Positions 25,915 to 38,321 of a stretch of 64,000 bases of DNA are shown here, piece after piece. The stretch comes from Oopsacas minuta (Eukaryota; Animalia; Porifera). Made by a program: the position numbers and the translations under genes. Numbering within the stretch: the stretch's first letter is position 1; every line of letters begins with the position of its first letter. The stretch covers positions 301,905-365,904 of the forward strand of contig JAKMXF010000244.1 of NCBI GenBank assembly GCA_024704765.1, written 5' to 3'. The notes under the pieces were generated by a model. It searched no databases, was not told where the DNA came from, and saw nothing but the letters and a program-made list of their open reading frames with translations.

Positions 25915-28645
25915 TTACTGATGAATTAATGTTAAATGCAAGAAGAGTTCATCTATGGAATTTTGAAGGAGAGAATCTTCATTATCAATATTATTTGTAA
26001 CGTTTTCACCTTGCCTGTTTTTTACACAATTATTTTGATGGCCTACTTGACCACAGGTGGAACGAATGATGATCCTTCTGAATTTTTCATTCAGAATTGG
26101 ACAACCATAGATGTAGAGCCTCATTGCACCATCACTTAACCCACTTAGAAAATCTGATTTCCTGCTCAAATGTGTTGAGAACTCTCGGATCAACTTATGT
26201 CCTTGTTCTAACCCTTCTTCAGAAAGACTACACAATCCTACCCTGTCATTTCTCTCAATAAACTGATGGGCATGAGCCAAGAATTTGTGGAGTGTATTGC
26301 TAATAGATACCCAGGAAAGGTTTATAAGATTAGTATGTAGGTTTCTTGACTTAACACACGAAATCTCTATACATCGACAACTTCATTACTATTAGCAACT
26401 CTGAGTAATGCAGATAGATTCCTGTGAATCTCTGTCAGAGCATCTTTATAAACATTTGGTACAAACGATAAAGCGATCCTAAAACACGGTTTTTTATATG
26501 AAAAAATGTTCTTGCCATGTTACCAGTGCTTGTGTTCCCACTTCCTCCTGGTTGGTCGAATAATAAGTTCGTAAGTTCATGGATACGATTGCATACTAAA
26601 CCTCGATAATCTTGCACCATTTGATCTTCAGTCCACTTGGACTTTCCTGCTGCAATTCGGTAGATGAGGTTCAAAAACCAATCTAAAATCCTTAGGCAAG
26701 AATGTAGAGGTGCTGCAGGAATACATCAATGCCACTTGCAGGTTCGTGTGTAATCCCACACCGTTACTTTGTATTGTAGCTCATCAGCTCTTTTCCATCA
26801 GAGGTTAACTGACAGATTGTCTCTTTGATATCCTCTATCGAACAATCTAAAGGAACCCGCAAACCACTCTCGTAATACCATTGATATTACTTTGGGTTGC
26901 TTTGCAGGCAATACATGGCGCTCCTCCTTTACCTGCCATTGTTACTAAGGTTTTTCCGTCAAACATTGAAGCTTTGACTTCTACTTTAACATGGCCATTT
27001 AGGTGATCAAAACCATCCTCATTTAGTGAAACAATTTCAGAGTTTAGTAACTTGCTCAATTCTATCACAGTGTCAATAGTCTCCTTCTGACAAATAAGTG
27101 CTACTGGTTGGTTGGAAAAACAGGAGTTAGGATGGCTATTTTCCCACAGGACATTCCCGAATCGATCTATTACCTGAAGGGGTGAAACCATGAAGACAAT
27201 ATAATCTGATTGGTCAATATTCAAGTCTGACAATAACCCAGGAGAGGAATGAGATCCAGAACCATCCAGTCCATACTTGATTTTGAGTGTTAATGGATAG
27301 AAATGTGGTGCAGGAAAATTTAGTACACATTCTTTTAACAACCGGTCAAAGAAAGAAATTAGATATGATGAGTAAGATATATAGACCCCTATAGGATTGG
27401 AAACATTTGGATACCAGTCGAATGTTGGAACAATTGATTTTCTAATTTCACTAATTTTCCCAAGTTGCCAAAACGAGGCCTTCTGATTGGAGATAATATT
27501 TAAGATCTTTCCATTTTCCTTTCCCCAGCTTAAGTTGATACGCTAAGAAAGTTGATTTTCTGGTGAAACTATGTTACTGAGGGTTGGTATCGATTCTTCA
27601 TTATAGATTTTCCAAGCAATATTTGCGATGCCTTTAAAACCAATTTGTTCTACAGCTACAATATACAAGAGGAGAGCAACGTACCGAATAATAAAAATAT
27701 TTTCAAGTTGTACTAACTAACGGATGGAAGTAAGTATCCCAGTCTGATCAAGCCTTGTCTTCTAGGGTGCGACCCGTAAAGCCCGTGGTCCGTGGCCCGC
27801 TATCAAAGCCCGCGGCCCGCATATTTATTCCACCAGCCCGTGATTTAGGAAATTTGTTTATTTTATGGCACTGTTGGCTGAATTCGTGAATGTATTCTCA
27901 AAGAATTGAGAATTCCTATAAATTCCGCGTTATAAGATGCGGGAAATCGTGTGCGCAAATAGTATACATATGAAACTTTATATATATGCAACACTTTGAT
28001 TGTTTCGTTAGTTACAGATAACACTGACATGATTCTACCTCTCTATGAGGATTATTAGATTAAACGAAAATAACATTTATAATACTTGTGATACTTACAT
28101 ATACTAAAATAGTAATAATTTCATGACCTAATTCTATAATTAAAGTATATTCATCATCTGTAAAATTGTTCTTTTTGACTCTTTTCAGCCCGTTTTGTGC
28201 CCGCGGCCCGTGGAAAAAAGCCCGGAGCCGTGATTTACAATAAAGCCCGCACGGGTCGCACCCTAGCTTATCTTCTTTGAACGAACTTGAATGTCATCAA
28301 TTGATTTTCTCCTCTCTACATTTGGAACCAATATAACACCGCTTTCTACATCACAGCCTGAAACGGAAAGGAATGATTGGGTACTCTTAGGTTTAACAAG
28401 GATCCATGCAATACTTGCACTCCACCACTCACCATTAAGCTCTCAATAGATTTCTTACTCTTTCTGAAATTAAATGCTACTTTAGACATTAGAGAGTATA
28501 CAGAATGTCTCTTGTCTTCTTCGAGATTTATTATACGCACCACTTCATCTGCTGCTTGATTGATATCATAGTCGTGAACCTTTAATATGATAGCCAAGTC
28601 AAGACGTGTTTTCGAGCTTTCAGATACTTTTGATGCTTCAGCCAT
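25915..28645 (-). pseudogene. RAG1-like transposase pseudogene (copy 1)
   Basis: In RAG1 order: NBD-like RRKSIDDIQVRSKK-RLD; KIKYGLDGSG (first catalytic Asp); KASMFDGK...GGAPCIAC (second Asp plus CxxC); STGNMARTFF; TLHKFLAHAHQ (Zn His pair); LSEEGLEQGHKLIR (catalytic Glu region). Interrupted by frameshifts, stops and a MITE. Confidence 0.85.
27762..28266. mobile_element. hAT-type MITE inserted in the RAG1-like gene
   Basis: 16-bp TIRs CTAGGGTGCGACCCGT; 8-bp TSD CTTGTCTT/CTTATCTT (7/8); multiple subterminal GCCCG motifs; AT-rich non-coding core. Confidence 0.9.
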
Positions 28646-29330
28646 CTTTAAATTGATAATTAGAGGTTTAATAGGTTATCAAATTAATGAACTTGTATGC
28701 TACCTCGTAATACGCAGTATATAAATAATTATTAGGTTATATTGGTGTAAAATTACCATGTAATTACATTACATTGTACCATAGCAACGTGGATGTGAGA
28801 ATGGAAATTGACAATATATAATATGTTGCGCAATGAAGCGGCATTTGTACTTTGAATATACTGGTTATATTACTTGGCAAGAATACATACTAAAAATTCA
28901 GGGTGGAAACTAGTGGAAACAAATTTTGCTGCCAACAGGATGGCTTATGGCCGAGAAAAATTTCTACAAAATTTTCACAGTATTGTAAACGTAATATCTG
29001 ATTAATCTTTTCGCTCTTGAAGAAATTCAACGATAGATTCAAATACAGCGCACTCACTTTGCTTGGAAAGCATGTAAATGAACAATAATATGCATCATTA
29101 ATTCAACAGATTACTGAAATAGCTTCAGTCATTTATATAATGTATGTATAAACATAGAATAAAGCAATGAAGTCCTACATTTGATTGACCACAAAATAGA
29201 AATACTCAACTGTTTCATCTGATACTTTACATATAGCTTGTTGAATATATCTAGAATCAAATTCATAATTCAAAATTGTATAAATTGAAGGTAAGAATAT
29301 GGGCCTAATGTACCCTATTAGCTCACTGTG

Positions 29331-29580
29331 TAATTCCCGAATTTTAGGGGCTGCGATTAGGAATTAACTCTCATTCCAAGGAATGGGAACGGGAATTGAG
29401 TCATTAATATTAAAGTAAAGGGTAGGGAATGGAAAATAATTCTGATTCCAAAGAATGTGAATGGAAATGGGAATTAAGCCCTTAACTCCTGGAATTAAAG
29501 GGCTGAGAATGAGAATTAAGTCCGGAAATTTGTCATCGGAATGGGAATTGCAGGCATTAATTCTGAATACCTGCAATTTT
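29331..29580. repeat. GGAATT/AATTCC-rich quasi-palindromic repeat (continues at 25560-25625)
   Basis: GGGAATTAAGCCCTTAA occurs near 25605 and near 29470, with many GGAAT/ATTCC units. It appears to be the host sequence split by RAG1-like copy 1. Confidence 0.55.
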
Positions 29581-30234
29581 ATGAATATACTCTGGATATT
29601 CATAAAATGTGTCACTCCTAGCTTCTACTGTACTCAAGAATGGGTCAACTTTTGTATTACCAATTTCTGAAACTTCGTATAAACATATCCATAAATCATT
29701 TCGTATTCACTTAGAAAAGAAAGACATAATATCTTAACTTCTATAAGGGATGAAGAATGACATATTTTACCATATATACAAATACTATATACATATTTTG
29801 AAACATCCTGAAATATTTCAACACTTAGTCGTAGAGAACTTGTCGATCTATAAATAAAGAATACATATTGTTGAGCAAAATGCACCGATGCTGCAATATA
29901 GAGCACACACATAATTAGTTCTTTCGCCAAACCCATCGCTAGTCCAATTCCAAAACACTATTAGGTCATATTTATATTAAGATATTACCAGATCAATTCG
30001 TCCGCAATCAAAAGTCGTAAAATTTACGATAATATGATGAATTTGTTAAAAGTATTAAAGAAAATGGCAAGAATAGATAACCCCAACAATTGTTAAATAA
30101 TGATGACAAACAAGCAATATTTAAATCTAATGTTAAAACTCAAAATACATATATTAGCAATTTGCAAATGGTCATGGATTGAACTCTGTATTATTAAATG
30201 TAAAAACATTTAACAAAAAGGATAAGAAACTAAC

Positions 30235-30464
30235 TTTACTGAAGCTTTGCGCGAAAGGATATGAATTATTAGTATCACAGTTATCTGCATCGTCGGGACT
30301 ACTATCTCCAGCTTGATCTGATGAAAGTTCACCAAAATGATCTATAGATTTACTTTTGGGGTTTGAAGATTTTTGAATTTGAATTGCATGAGACAGGTTC
30401 ATCGGAGGAGTCAATGTACCAGTAGAAGATTGATCCCCGCTGTGTTCATGTTCCTCTAGGGGTA
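30235..30464 (-). CDS. UBR4: UBR4-like exon, Ser/Asp-rich linker (phase 1 to 0)
   Basis: Strong acceptor TTTTGTTTTTATTTAG|TA and donor AAA|GTTAGT. The 230-bp open exon (PLEEHEHSGDQSSTGTLTPP...SSDQAGDSSPDDADNCD) has phases matching both neighbouring exons and sits where UBR4 has a low-complexity Ser/acidic linker. Assignment rests on splice and phase logic rather than sequence homology. Confidence 0.7.
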
Positions 30465-32599
30465 CTAAATAAAAACAAAATTTAATTAAATATAGAGACT
30501 TATAAGGTGAATATAAGATTAAAAAAGAGTAAATGCTGTACTATAGGACAAAATACAAGGGGGCATCAGTAACGTCGTGGAAATTCTACATAATTGGTAC
30601 CTCGCAGTTGTTTCTTTTTTTCACAAAAGAAAGACTTTTGTTGAGATCAGTTAACGTAAAACATGATTACCAGTCTACTCGATTATAAATCTCAAGATGT
30701 CTTGAGAGGTGAGTTGCGATATTAGTAAACATACTAATTTGTACTTAATCATGCCTATGTGCTTACATTACATGTCTCCAAACTAAAAGAGTAGAATAAT
30801 CAAAATTTAGGAGAAATGAAGATTCGCTGTAAACACAGAATTTTACTAGCCTAGGGGGGAGATTATTAGAGTGGGGGATAGTATTCGGTGTATAATGGTA
30901 TGTATTATTTAACCTTTGTTATTTGGTATGAATATTAGCCACTTCAACACACGAATTTGAAAACTAGAAATAGTCAGGTTGTATAGACCTATTTAATATA
31001 GAAACTTTGCAATTTCGGATAACAATCATCTCTCTGAATTTTAGTTCTATAGACCATGGAATTTGAGAATCTGTTGTGTGTACTGATTATCCCCAGTTCT
31101 CGTCCTATATAAAGCATCTTGGAAAATGATAGCTTCCGAATACATTTTTAAGGAATTAAAATGCATGTAACTCCTTCAGAGATGAATAAATTTGTTGATA
31201 CTCGTCATCACCGAAGGATTTCACGTAGTTTCCGTGGCCACTATACTACATGAATTTGAAAACATATTCCTAGCAAAGTAGCCACAGGATTGTGTCAACA
31301 TTATGTTCCCAAAATTTGCCCCAACTCCTTGTTCTAAGCCGCTAGTTTAGCTTAGTGTCGTTAGACACGGATGTATTCCTAAGTATAAAGTAAGGGGAAT
31401 CTCCGAAACAGCGAACACTACACTAAATTTGGGCCTCTGATATAGTATAACCGGGACCTTTTTAATGTCATTGTTTACTAGATTTGTCTACAAATACATC
31501 ATATGAGATACAATATATTTTTATAGTAAAATAATACAATTATTTCAACACATAAACGCGTTCGCGTTCACCCCGTTTCACCCCCAAAATACCACTGATA
31601 TCGATCCAAGACACCATCTTTCAACAGGATTTTATGAGATATTCTCACAATCATTATTTTATCAAATTTTGAGAAAGGAATGTTGACAAATTTAAATCAA
31701 TTCCTATTTTATTAGGGTAAAATATTCGGAAATATCTTCAAGTGAACACTGAAAAGACGTAGAATCATTAGCATATTACAAAATTTTGTTTCGGAATCAC
31801 TGAAGGAGTTACATGCGTTTGATCATCTGCAAACTGTGTCCGAAAGTATCATTTTCAAATGGCTATGTATAGAATGCCAGGAGGTTGGATCAATACAGCC
31901 GACAAATTCTTAAACCACAGGGTCTGGAGAACTGATATATTCAAAAAATGATTGTGACCAAAATTTGTACTCTATTGCCAGCTTGATACAGAACAAATAC
32001 TATTTTCAAATGAAAAATATTGGATTCGGAAATTTTCAGACTCTTGCTCTCAATTTGAAATAAATCAATGAAGGGCTAATAGTTCATACATTAAGGCCAT
32101 TATTTTTGAAATATTAATGAATCTAAATAGAGAATAATTCTTCTGATGTATTGTATTATAGCTCATAAAATTTTGAGGATCATTCTAAAGCTAAAACGGT
32201 CCAAATCATCCAAAATAGTGCAACATGTCGGAAGGAAAATGAAACTAGCCTTTTGTAAGTTGATTTTTCGCATGGAGGTGTATTTGGGTCTGCCTCGGAC
32301 AAATTATATTGTTGGAAAATATTTTCACTATTGACAGAAATATAACGTAACTGTAAGATTTTGGATTCTCGAAAACGAGCATCATCAGCCACTGCTAAGC
32401 GAACATACATAAGATAGAAGTTGAATCACAAGTACCCTTCAACATGCCACACGTCCTGACGTCATGATTCTTAAGAAAGGCTTACTCATCATTGGTTTAT
32501 TCCTTCATCATGACTGCATAAAAAACTCAAAACTTTCCCAATTCCAAAAATTTCCGATTTCAAAATACTTGGGACATAAAGGGCCCAGATTACTAATCA

Positions 32600-32827
32600 A
32601 AAGCAACATAGCATCTCCAGTGTCACCACCGAAGGCCGTTCAATGTAATTTGGATGGACAATGGATGTTCTAGAATCAAAATTATTCTGTGAATTCAAGG
32701 CACGTAGTGTTGAGTATATTCTCCCTCGTAGCGACCAAAAGCACTAAGAAATTATCCTTTGATACTTAAGCCAATCCGGAACACACTAAGCTGTCGCGTA
32801 GCGACTTAGCAAGCGAAGGGTGCTAGT
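32600..32827 (+). repeat. Dispersed Helitron-like repeat, 3' part
   Basis: Shares GCATCTCCAGTGTCACCAC and TAGCGACC blocks with the 19650 copy; ends GCAAGCGAAGGGTGCTAGT (GC-rich segment followed by CTAG-T). Confidence 0.65.
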
Positions 32828-33906
32828 AAATACATCTATATGCATTAAATAATTTTAACTGTAATATAGAAGAACCTCTGTAGAGTTGATAACATCCAGA
32901 TACTTCAAGATCTGTTAATATAGCTTGTTAGTGTAGTTAATATTATTTTGTATATTGGATTTAGTTGATATTGTACATACAGTATCAATAAACAAAGAAT
33001 AATTAATCTATATTATACAAGAATAAGGTACAATCCCGCGCATAGTATTCTTTGGTATATAGGTTGTTAGGTGTTGTTGACGTTGTTGATCATATATATT
33101 TGTGAGTAGTTGATGATATCTTAATAGAAAATTGGGTGGAGTTCATTTGAGTATTCTTAGGTGGGCGAAGTTCATTAAACTTGATGCTAATTCGATGTAG
33201 TTGATATTAATCAGCTAATTAATATAATTTGATGTAGTTAATAAAGTTGGTAATATATGAAGAGATCTTGAAGTATTGATAATATTCACTTGAGATAAGC
33301 AAACACATAGATACCAAACGAGCAAGTCAAATTTCTAGACACCCTGTTCTGGCCAAGGAAATTATACAAAATACTTAAACAAATTGCCAAATTGTTAGAT
33401 AGGCAAGTTTTGGTATTGTTAGAATTTTTAAACACAAGATACCAGCTATTCGGTTATATGTCACATACGAGGGATGCTAGATAATTCAAAATTTTGTCGT
33501 TCGATATTTTCGTGTTTGAATGTTCGGAATTGCTTGAAGGAGCTGGAAGAACCGCAGGGTTGATTTTGGTATACAAGGCATTTGGGCATGGGTGGGAGAT
33601 ATTCGAGTTTTGGACGAATTCACACCTATGACAAAATTATGAAGTAAGTGCCGGCTTATGAATTTCAAAAATCAGATAATCAGCCACTCTTCAGTAGATG
33701 TACTGGTCATAAATTTGGAAATTTTAATAACAACTGCGTCACAATATGCCAATCTACTGATATCACCATAATAAATAATTCAAACTCATCGTTGAATTAT
33801 TATGTCATAATGACTTTTAGAATAATATAATATAAAACTTGCAAAAATTGGATGGACAATGGATAATAAAATTTCCGATGTTACTTTTTAACCTGAGGCA
33901 CCTAGT

Positions 33907-36000
33907 CAAGGGCTACGGAACCACGAGGCTTGGAGTGCTATATCCCTCCTATTAATAATATTGGGGGTCTCAGCCCACTATTTCTATTATTTACATTGAC
34001 AAATTGAATAAATCCAGTAAAAGTGTGTTCCAGTCAATTTCGGCGTTAACAGTGGCCAAACATGAAAGTCTTTGAAAATTGACCTGAACCTTGATTTGAA
34101 TATGACTGGTTAAAAATAAAAATGTATCATGAATTTTGTCGTTCTCTCAATACTTAGAATTACTTCGAAATTCATGCACAATGCCAAGAATATATTTTGA
34201 AAATATATGCTGTTGATTTATTCACATATGTTACTATTGAAATGATCTATGAAATGTATTGAATTTTGAAAGTTTGTGAAACCACTTGGTTCACCATGGA
34301 ACTATAAGGCCATTGTTAGTTGGAAACATGTTTCAGCTCCACCACCCGCATCTGATTTGGCTCCCGTACTAATAATGCCATTATTGTATTATAACCCAAT
34401 TTACTGAATGCGAAAATACAGACTAAAGTTCAATACAACTATCTTTTTCATTGTCCAACCATTCGTCATATCAAATTTGACTTGAATAATTGGAATATTG
34501 TATGAATGAATTTTTCCAGCTGATACCTCACGTAATAATGAGAAAATAATAATGAACCGCCTGCCAGCATACATGTTCAGGTGAATCTAATGTGTAGCTG
34601 AAAAAAGTTTGTCATTAACAGTGGCCAATAATACAACTAAATGTCATTTTTCGCTAGAATCATAGAAATAGAATACGTACTATAATATTTCGAGAGACAC
34701 GTGCATATGAATATTTCGGGACGTCGTGTAGAAAACAAAAAATTGTTGAGCTAATAATTGAAAGATGTATGCTGTAGAACGATCACGTAAGAAACAAAAA
34801 GCATGAAAGAGCACTGAAATCATTGGCAAGGTAAGAAGTTAAAAAAATGATTCAAGTGTCTATCAAGTAGGCCTAGTTACAAATTTAAAGTGGCCGAAAT
34901 GTCACTAAAACTGTAGTGATTGTATATAAGAACATTGATACCAACACTCAAAAACCAACACAATTCTTAAGATGTCAATACCAGGAAATATACTCAACAA
35001 AGTAGGAGAACATTATACTTTTCAGACTTTACTGCAGATAGTAGGGCAACCAGATCAGAAAATATTGAGCATTCTGGTCCAGAATCTGAGATAGGTAGTA
35101 TATCTCAAGATAGCGAGCCAGATGTCTTTAATCCGTAGGCTAAGTATTCTCAAGTAAACCAACTTATTCAACTTACTGATCAGTGGTTATCAGAGTGCTG
35201 TGATGATCAGCCAAAGAAGAATCTCCAAAATTGAAGAACATAAGAGGCTTACCAATTGTCTAACGCATAACAAATTTAATGATATTATCAGCGAACAACA
35301 GTCTTAAGGCATTGATGAACTTCAGCAAAATGCTAAAGATGCATTAGTCAGTAATGGATTTGATAAAAGGAACGTTTTCAGGAGCATGAAAGATGCCAAG
35401 CGCACTTAGAAGCATGCATGAAGCTCGAGTCTCCCTTACACACATTTATCTCTATAAGACCATTGAGTCAAGTCATGAGTGATGCGCCATAGAGAAATTT
35501 TCATGAAGGAGTTTTCATCAGTTCAGTATCTAGCTTGTCAAGGACTAGCTTTACGAGGCCACAAAAAAGAAGATGGTAAGCTTATGGAATTACTGAAGTG
35601 CTAGGCATAAGGTGTCCAAGGCCTAGAATTAAGGGTGGAAGAGGGTTGCCCATCTCATGACATTATCAGTGAACTCATTGAGATGATGGCTCATGATAGT
35701 ATTCGAGCCCTCTCAATTCGAATAATTGAAATAAATTGGTATTCATTAATTGCAGATGAAACTAGGGATTGTCTGGATCAGAACAATTTTCTATCTCTAT
35801 AGGTTGGGCGGATAAAAATTACGTGATCAATGAAGACATGGTGACCTTCGCATGGGCATAGCAGACTGATGCTGCAACAGTGACCAGCACACTTAAAGAT
35901 TCCATATACATAGTGACCTTGACCTTTCAAATTGCAGAGGCCAGCATCTGACAGACCATCTAATATGTCTGGACACTTTACATATAATATGGTAGTTCTA
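33907..36000 (+). pseudogene. Heavily decayed hAT (ZMYM1-like) transposase remnant
   Basis: Across frames reads LIADETRDC...EQFSIS...INEDMVTF...QTDAATVTSTLKD...CRGQ...SNMSGH near 35750-35975. A hAT-like left end CAAGGGCTACGGAACC lies at 33907. Boundaries approximate. Confidence 0.65.
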
Positions 36001-36570
36001 AGCAATATGACGCAACATAAAGATAACCAATTATGGTCATTATTGAGATTGCGGAATAATCTTGACAATTATCACATCAAAATGTATAACAAGAGTATGG
36101 GGATTTGGGTGTATACTATATACTGGCAATACTGATTTTACTATAATTTCCACGATTATAGAGTTATATGTGGATTTTAGGAAAACACGTGACATCCATG
36201 GTCTGTGCGATAATTCAGAAACGTGAGAAATTTATAATGAAAAAGTGTAACATCTTGTACAGAGACGGTATTAGATCATTTGGTATTTATACTTTTAACA
36301 TAGCTTTATAATCACCGTTCTACATGCTTTCAAAGATGGAGCAGTTTTTAATATATATTGGCCAATTACGACAACAAATGACGTCACTTAGATCAAAGAG
36401 TTTCACAGAATTCGCTTTTGTGAATTCTTACTTAATATGCTCACTCTAAATGACAGATAGAAAGGGAAATATACATTCAAGTTAATTATGGAGTGTGGCA
36501 CAAGTGTTAAAATAGCCATATAAATAAAATTTCCAAAGTATTGAGATATTCCTGACATCAATTTCATTAC

Positions 36571-36681
36571 CAATGTTTGTATCTGTATGCCTCTTCTTCA
36601 TCGCTTTAAGATGATCATTACTCGTAGCAATTCCGTCAAAGTACATGGGATAGCAATCAGGATAATCTCTTTCTTTGACAA
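36571..36681 (-). CDS. Candidate additional symmetric (phase 1 to 1) UBR4 exon
   Basis: Acceptor TTTTATCTACAAACAACAG|TT and donor ATTG|GTAATG enclose 111 open bp (VVKERDYPDCYPMYFDGIATSNDHLKAMKKRHTDTNI). It fits in frame between the phase-1 junctions at 38322 and 30464. No homology support. Confidence 0.35.
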
Positions 36682-38321
36682 CTGTTGTTTGTAGATAAAA
36701 TAAATTAATGTAACCAAGAGAGTAACAAATATGTGATGGTAATGCAAACAAGTGGTAAATTAGTGGATTTTTCAGAATAAATATTTCAAAAAGTAATAAA
36801 TCATTCACTATAGATTCAAAAAAGTAATCCACAAACCCTCAATAGTATCCAGAAGAAAAATTATGCCAAACTAATAATGAAAAATCAGTCAAATAAACAT
36901 TAAAGTTGACAAGATTGAAATAATTTTAACCCTTAATGCTAAGTTATCACACTTATTTTGACAATTCTGTTGACATTATCGTAATCCACCACCTCTATCC
37001 GATCGAAAAATATCATGTATTCTCTTTAGCTATACGGAAAGTCGGCAAATATATATTGAAGTGAACACATGTTTTAGTTCGAATTGGCCCGTAACTTCTT
37101 CTTCGTGATATTACGCGATTCTCCTCACTTAAAACGCCTTAAGTTCAAATTTGCCAACCAGAGTGAAAGAAAAGCAGGAAGAATTGTACTAATTTAGCGT
37201 GACTTCTAGGACATAGTTGCATTAGACTGGACTATATAAAGCGGGGCAAGAAAGGTTTTGAAAGGATTCGAAGGGCAAAAGCCCAAGCAAATGTGCGAAA
37301 AAGTAGAGACGCTAAATGTAAACCCTTGAATAATAACGTTTATTAACCAAGTCGTTGTCCCAATAAATTATCCCCATAGTGTATCAAATTAAGTTTGGTA
37401 AACATGAAATCATTCTATGCAGTATTCAACAAATGAGGCTATTAGTAGGCAATAGACACCAAAATGCACAAATCGATTACTTAAACCAAAACATTTTCAG
37501 ACTAAGGTTATAATCTCTATATTGATGGCAAAGGTTTTGGTGGCCAAAGAAAGGCAACAGATTCAGGAATTTGGTGGTCATCGCAACCAAACGCGAATTT
37601 ATCGAGAACTGATAGAATAGAAATGAGAAGTACATTTTCATCAAATGTTGATCTATAATCTTTTAGTAATCTTAGCTTCAGGTAAGATAATGTACTCCTT
37701 TAACTCTAGTCAAATGAATTACATGGGATACTATAACTTGTATTATTCTTTTCCTAATTTTTCTAATCAAGACAGTTTAGAAAACATATTTCAGATTCGA
37801 TACATAAACGACAAAAATTGTGATACTAAAGATAAATAAAGACAACTAAAAAAAAGAGTCTGAAAATTATCAGAATTTCACTTTGGCATTTTGCTACAAT
37901 TCCTCATTAAACTACTCGAAGTGGCGGTTCTATAAGTCAATGACTTGTTGAATATATATTCTGAAAAATATTATATACAGGAAATTATAAGTGAGATAAT
38001 AATATTTAAATAATTGTAAATATAAATAATACTTGAATGAAAATTGTCAATGCGATAACTCTGATACGTCAATAATATGTACTCATTCTAAACTCTCAAA
38101 GTCTGATAAGTTGGGTCAATTCAATATACATCCATGTCTATTTGAGGTAGCGATTAGATATCATAATTTGTTCATCGATTTATCACATTTAACTCTTATC
38201 ATCTACTTAAAATGATTATGGAGTTTAAACATAAAGGATATGTATAAAAATGACAAATGAATATTAAGATGACTTTAGACAAAAATCTAAAATGATTAAT
38301 AGACCAAAATGAAAAACTTAC

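Larger units (their letters stand above)
25626..29330 (-). mobile_element. RAG1-like/Transib-superfamily transposon, copy 1
   Basis: Termini CACAGTGGGCTATTA (25626, plus) and CACAGTGAGCTAATA (29330, minus) match at 13/15 and enclose a RAG1-core-like pseudogene. No clean 5-bp TSD. The 5' end could alternatively be a degenerate terminus near 28982. Confidence 0.75.

Noticed and set aside
28353-28427. Perfect-looking GTGAGT...TTTCAG 75-nt intron in the RAG1-like N-terminus
   Set aside because: The phases do not join, and an alternative frame (NGEWWSASIAW...VERRKSIDD) is open through it. A simple frameshift explains the data.
25621-29335. 5-bp Transib-type TSDs for the RAG1-like elements
   Set aside because: The flanks do not match (AATCG/TAATT for copy 1; AAACA/GGAAT for copy 3), so none is claimed.
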